DNA of 64,000 nucleotides. Source: Hemiscyllium ocellatum. Lineage: Eukaryota. This document shows positions 60,246 to 64,000 of this stretch, piece after piece (the first letter of the stretch is position 1; each line of letters starts with the position of its first letter). The stretch is from assembly GCF_020745735.1 (NCBI RefSeq), contig NC_083431.1, positions 45,536,496 through 45,600,495 of the forward strand, read 5' to 3'. Both the position numbers and the translations under genes were made by a program. The notes beneath the pieces are model-generated. The model saw only the letters and a program-made list of their open reading frames with translations. It was not told the DNA's origin and made no database searches.

Positions 60246-63200
60246 CATTACCCTGGTGTACTAATCATTAATATGACTCATTCCCCACTATGTTCAACCT
60301 TGAACTCATGTTGCTGCATCAAAATTCTGAAATCAATGTAAAAGACACTCAATGCATCAAATGAATTTATCTCCATATGGTGCAGTACACAGTTCAAAAG
60401 GTAAAGTATATCTTATTCTAAGGCTGTGTAAATAACACAGGGTACTTTAATGGACAGTTAGCTTCATATCTCTGTGCATGGAGCATTTCCAATATCTCTC
60501 ACCTACACAAACAGCAAATACCTTTTCCCTTTATTGCAATGACATTCAATTATATTAAGCGCAATCAGAAGAGAGCCATTTAATTAGGAGATGGCAGCAT
60601 CTTCCCCCCACCCCCCCACCACAATTCCGAGAGAACGTGGATACCACTGGCAAGGCTGGCAATTGTTGCGTGTCCTTGACACCCTTCAACTGTTTGGCCC
60701 AACCGCAGGCAATTGAGGGATTAACCACATTATCACGGGTCTGGAATCACATGTAGGCCAAACCAAACACAGACAGATTTCTTTCCCTGAAGGATATTAG
60801 TGAACTACCTGGGTTTTTATTATAATGGTTATGCGCTGACTATTGCATTTTAATTCCCACATTTCATAGATGAATCTGAACGGTAGCACGAGTCACTGTT
60901 TCACTCACCCGGCAATATTATGGCAATGCGACTACCTTTTGAAAAGCATTTGCTTTTAACAAACAATAATAATTACATTTTCACTAGTTTTGGTTCCTCC
61001 ATGACCCCATTTGCAAAAGATAGAAACAACGGGCTCAAGGGTTTAACAGGATGATATATAAAGATGTCTGAGTCTGGACCTTTTTGGTGTCAGACTGAGG
61101 GAGGGAGGTGGTGGAGAAGGTACGCATGTAAACGGAGAAACTGTGTTCAGTGCACTACACAGGCTGGGTTATTTATTCTGTTAGGAATGCTAATTAAAAG
61201 CTTTAGAAAATAATTTTTGACTCTAAAAAAAATTCAAATATAAAAGCAGGCAGACATTCACTCGATCTATTGTTACTTTGTACGACATGGGGTCACAGAT
61301 GAATGAGCAATGCTGTGCTGAAACTCAAAGGACTGGAGATTTCTCTCTATTCAAGATTGGGGTTTGGGGGTGGTGGTGGGTGGTGAGAGAGCAGGGAAGA
61401 GTTACAGTCACAATGACCCTAACTCAATCTGCATTTTGATAGCCTGCTGCCTATCTGTGACCTCTGTTTTGCATAAGGCTGATACATTTTTTGGAACATA
61501 TTCAACGGAACTAAAGGAAATGCTCCAGCCCCTTTTCGCAGTAATGCAGGCTTTTCACTTTAGATTATGAACAACAACATTATTATTGCCCACATGCAAC
61601 TATGCACACAAGAGCAACCCAGGCCATGCCATGCATGCACAACACAAATTCCTATTCATAGCAAGTCAGAACAATCAATACTCCTGGAGAGGTGTAAATC
61701 TACATCAGTTTTTTTCACCCCCCCACTAAACAATTTATTCCCCAATTTTGCGTATCTGTCAATGATCATAAGGTTGCCCCTGCAAACTTAGACTGTTGAC
61801 TAATATAAAAATTCTACTGCAAGCAGAAGGTGGATTTTTGTTCAAGAGCCAGAGCCAAAGAATAGCTCCTGGGAACTCAAAGCATCCCACCGGGCTGGGG
61901 GCAGAGGATAAAGCTAATTTATTAGCTGCACCTTGTGCATCCAGTACACATGATGTCAAGCAAGAACCGAATGCAACTTTTCAGAATCTGGGAACATGCA
62001 ATGTACTCGCACATATTTAACATAAGGCAGCAAATTCAGGCCATCTTTCTATTGCACAGTGGTTTCAGAAGTAAGAGACAAACACTAACCTGCTTAAGTC
62101 TACTTCATGCTGGCGAACCGAGAAAATGCAGCCCATAATTCCAGTTTCAGGTTTCTCAGTCTATCATGCAAGTTGCAGATTAGGCAGAATTGCCCTCTAT
62201 TTAGGCTATGTTTTCACTGTATTCAGATGTTACAGACCATTCATCATTTCACAATCAAGATCCTTGTCTACAACAGTGAGAAAGTAAAGCCTCAGTGACT
62301 CCCCTGAGGAATCTCTTCTGCCAGGCACACTGATTTGTGATCCATATTTACACTGTCACTGCAGCTTTCACAAAATCCACTGACATTCTCGTGGTTGCAT
62401 TAACAAATAATTACATTTTGTACTTGGCTGTGTCTTTCGATGTATAAATCATTTTGCAATATGCCCCTCTTCTGTACTTGTGTCTCCCTTAGCAACGGCT
62501 TCATCACATCCAATGACCTCTCGGGGAGAATAACTAAGCTGAAAGGCAGCTGTTTCAGGACTGAACAGAGGAGGCCTGCTGCTATGGTTACGTAATCCAT
62601 CATAAAAGATTTCTATTCATGACAAACTCCCCCGTTCTTTTCACCGTCCCAGTGGGTGATATATCACATCAATGATCACCGAAAACAAAAATATCTGGTG
62701 ACAATCACCACACTTAAACCCACTAAGCACTTGGTCCATGCTAGTTATATGCAAAAATTAGAGCAGGAATTGTTTTAAATTACTTGGATTTGTAAGTGAC
62801 TTGGGAGGAGACAATAGCATATAATCACCACAGGACTAATAATCCACAGGCCCAGACAAATGAGCATGGGGCAGAGGATCAAATTCTTGGTGGAATCTGA
62901 ATTCAATGAATACTATTCATTGTTGTAAAACAAAACAAGTTGACTAATGTCTCCAGGGAAGAAAATCTGCCATCCCTACCTGGTCTAACCAATAGTAACA
63001 CAGTTGACTCTTAAATACCCTCTGAAGCACCACAAAGTTAGCCATTTCAAGGGACAATTAAGGATAGGCAACTTGCTGGTCATGTCCACATCCCAGGGAA
63101 GAAGAAGAAAGAAATTATGAATGGTACAAACTGATGACTTAATGTTAAATACTTACAAAAACACATGCATACACTCTCATTGACCCACTCACAGATGAAA

Positions 63201-63654
63201 TGCAGTTGTCTCCATCTCCCTCCATGCTCATTTTTAATCAGAGCTGTCAAAGTTTCCTGGTAACCCAACAGGCAAGTTGCAAACGACCTGTTTTCTTCCC
63301 GAGTGAAATAAGGGAGCTTTGCAATGGAGTAATATTAATCTGGGCATTTAGAGAAAAGTACCAAAAAGGCAAAAGTTGATTCCTGCAGTTTCTGCTCATG
63401 CAATGTGATCAGGAAGTGCCAGACGTCTCAGCCCTGCAACTGAGATTTGATTTGAATTAATGAGCTGAATACTGAGAGACTGAATGGTGCAGAGAGTTAG
63501 ACACAAGCTTTTACCATTGTGTTGCAATGAAAGTCCTTTGGCAGTTAAGGTACAAAGTGAAATATAATTTTTGGATAGTCGCAGCATAGGGTATGGGCGA
63601 ATATCAACAACAGCTGAAACAAAAAGGTGCACCAGATTGTGTTTTTTTAAAAAA

Positions 63655-64000
63655 TCAATTCACAAGATGTAGGTACCGCTGGTTGGATCCATGTAATGCC
63701 CATTCACATTTGCCATTGAGAAGGTCGTGGCGAGCTGTGTTCTTGAACTGTTACAGTCTATTTGGTGTAGGTGCACTCGCATTGCTCTTAGGGAAGGACT
63801 TCTGAGCTTCTGACTCAGCAGTACTGAAGAAACAGCAACATATCTCCAAGTCAGGATGGAGAGTGGCTTGGAGGGAAGGTTGCAGATGGCAATTGTTCCC
63901 AAATATCAGCTGCCCTTGCCGTCCCACATGGAAGTGGTACAAGTTTGGAAAGTGCTGCCGATGGAGCCTTAGGGAATTTCTGCTTGGGGATGGGGTGCCA
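63655..64000 (-). mobile_element. LINE 3' end (same family as 49085-49505), runs off window
   Basis: TTGCCATTGAGAAGGTCGTGGCGAGCTG..TTCTTGAAC..CCAAGTCAGGATGG..GGCTTGGAGGG. Confidence 0.75.

Noticed and set aside
62400-62603. 67-aa ORF MMDYVTIAAGLLCSVL... as the missing POR membrane-anchor exon
   Set aside because: No resemblance to the POR anchor plus FRKKK segment, and its GT sites near the end are phase 0 in this frame whereas the next exon needs phase 2.
55195-64000. Intronic snoRNA (human POR hosts SNORA14A) or POR promoter/CpG island
   Set aside because: No recognisable H/ACA or C/D structure and no CpG-rich region seen by eye; a covariance-model scan would be needed.
1-64000. CRISPR arrays, operons or prokaryotic systems
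   Set aside because: The sequence is spliced vertebrate genomic DNA, with no regularly spaced repeat-spacer array.

Overview
Eukaryotic, intron-rich vertebrate DNA, most likely from a shark or ray. The basis is HE1-type V-SINEs plus abundant CR1-type LINE and Penelope remnants; the species cannot be determined. Two convergent genes are present. TMEM120A (TACAN) contributes its last seven coding exons on the + strand (3477-14839). NADPH-cytochrome P450 reductase POR contributes 14 coding exons on the - strand (55194-25652, equivalent to human exons 3-16). The POR membrane-anchor exon and both promoters were not found and probably lie outside the window. All 21 exons have GT-AG boundaries and splice in frame. 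The rest is mostly mobile DNA: two young, near-identical CR1 LINE copies in inverted orientation, many decayed CR1/L2 pieces, SINEs, Penelope-like retroelement (PLE) fragments and Tigger-like MITEs. The most striking unexplained structure is a set of ~90-310 bp insertions, often fold-back and each flanked by a 7-16 bp target-site duplication. They come from at least four PLE-related sequence families, and each carries a minimal type-I hammerhead ribozyme motif (CTGANGA-stem II-GAAA-palindromic loop-NUH) with covarying stems. One copy (11131-11165) has an intact core in sense orientation inside a TMEM120A intron. Repeat boundaries were read by eye and are approximate; exon coordinates are exact.
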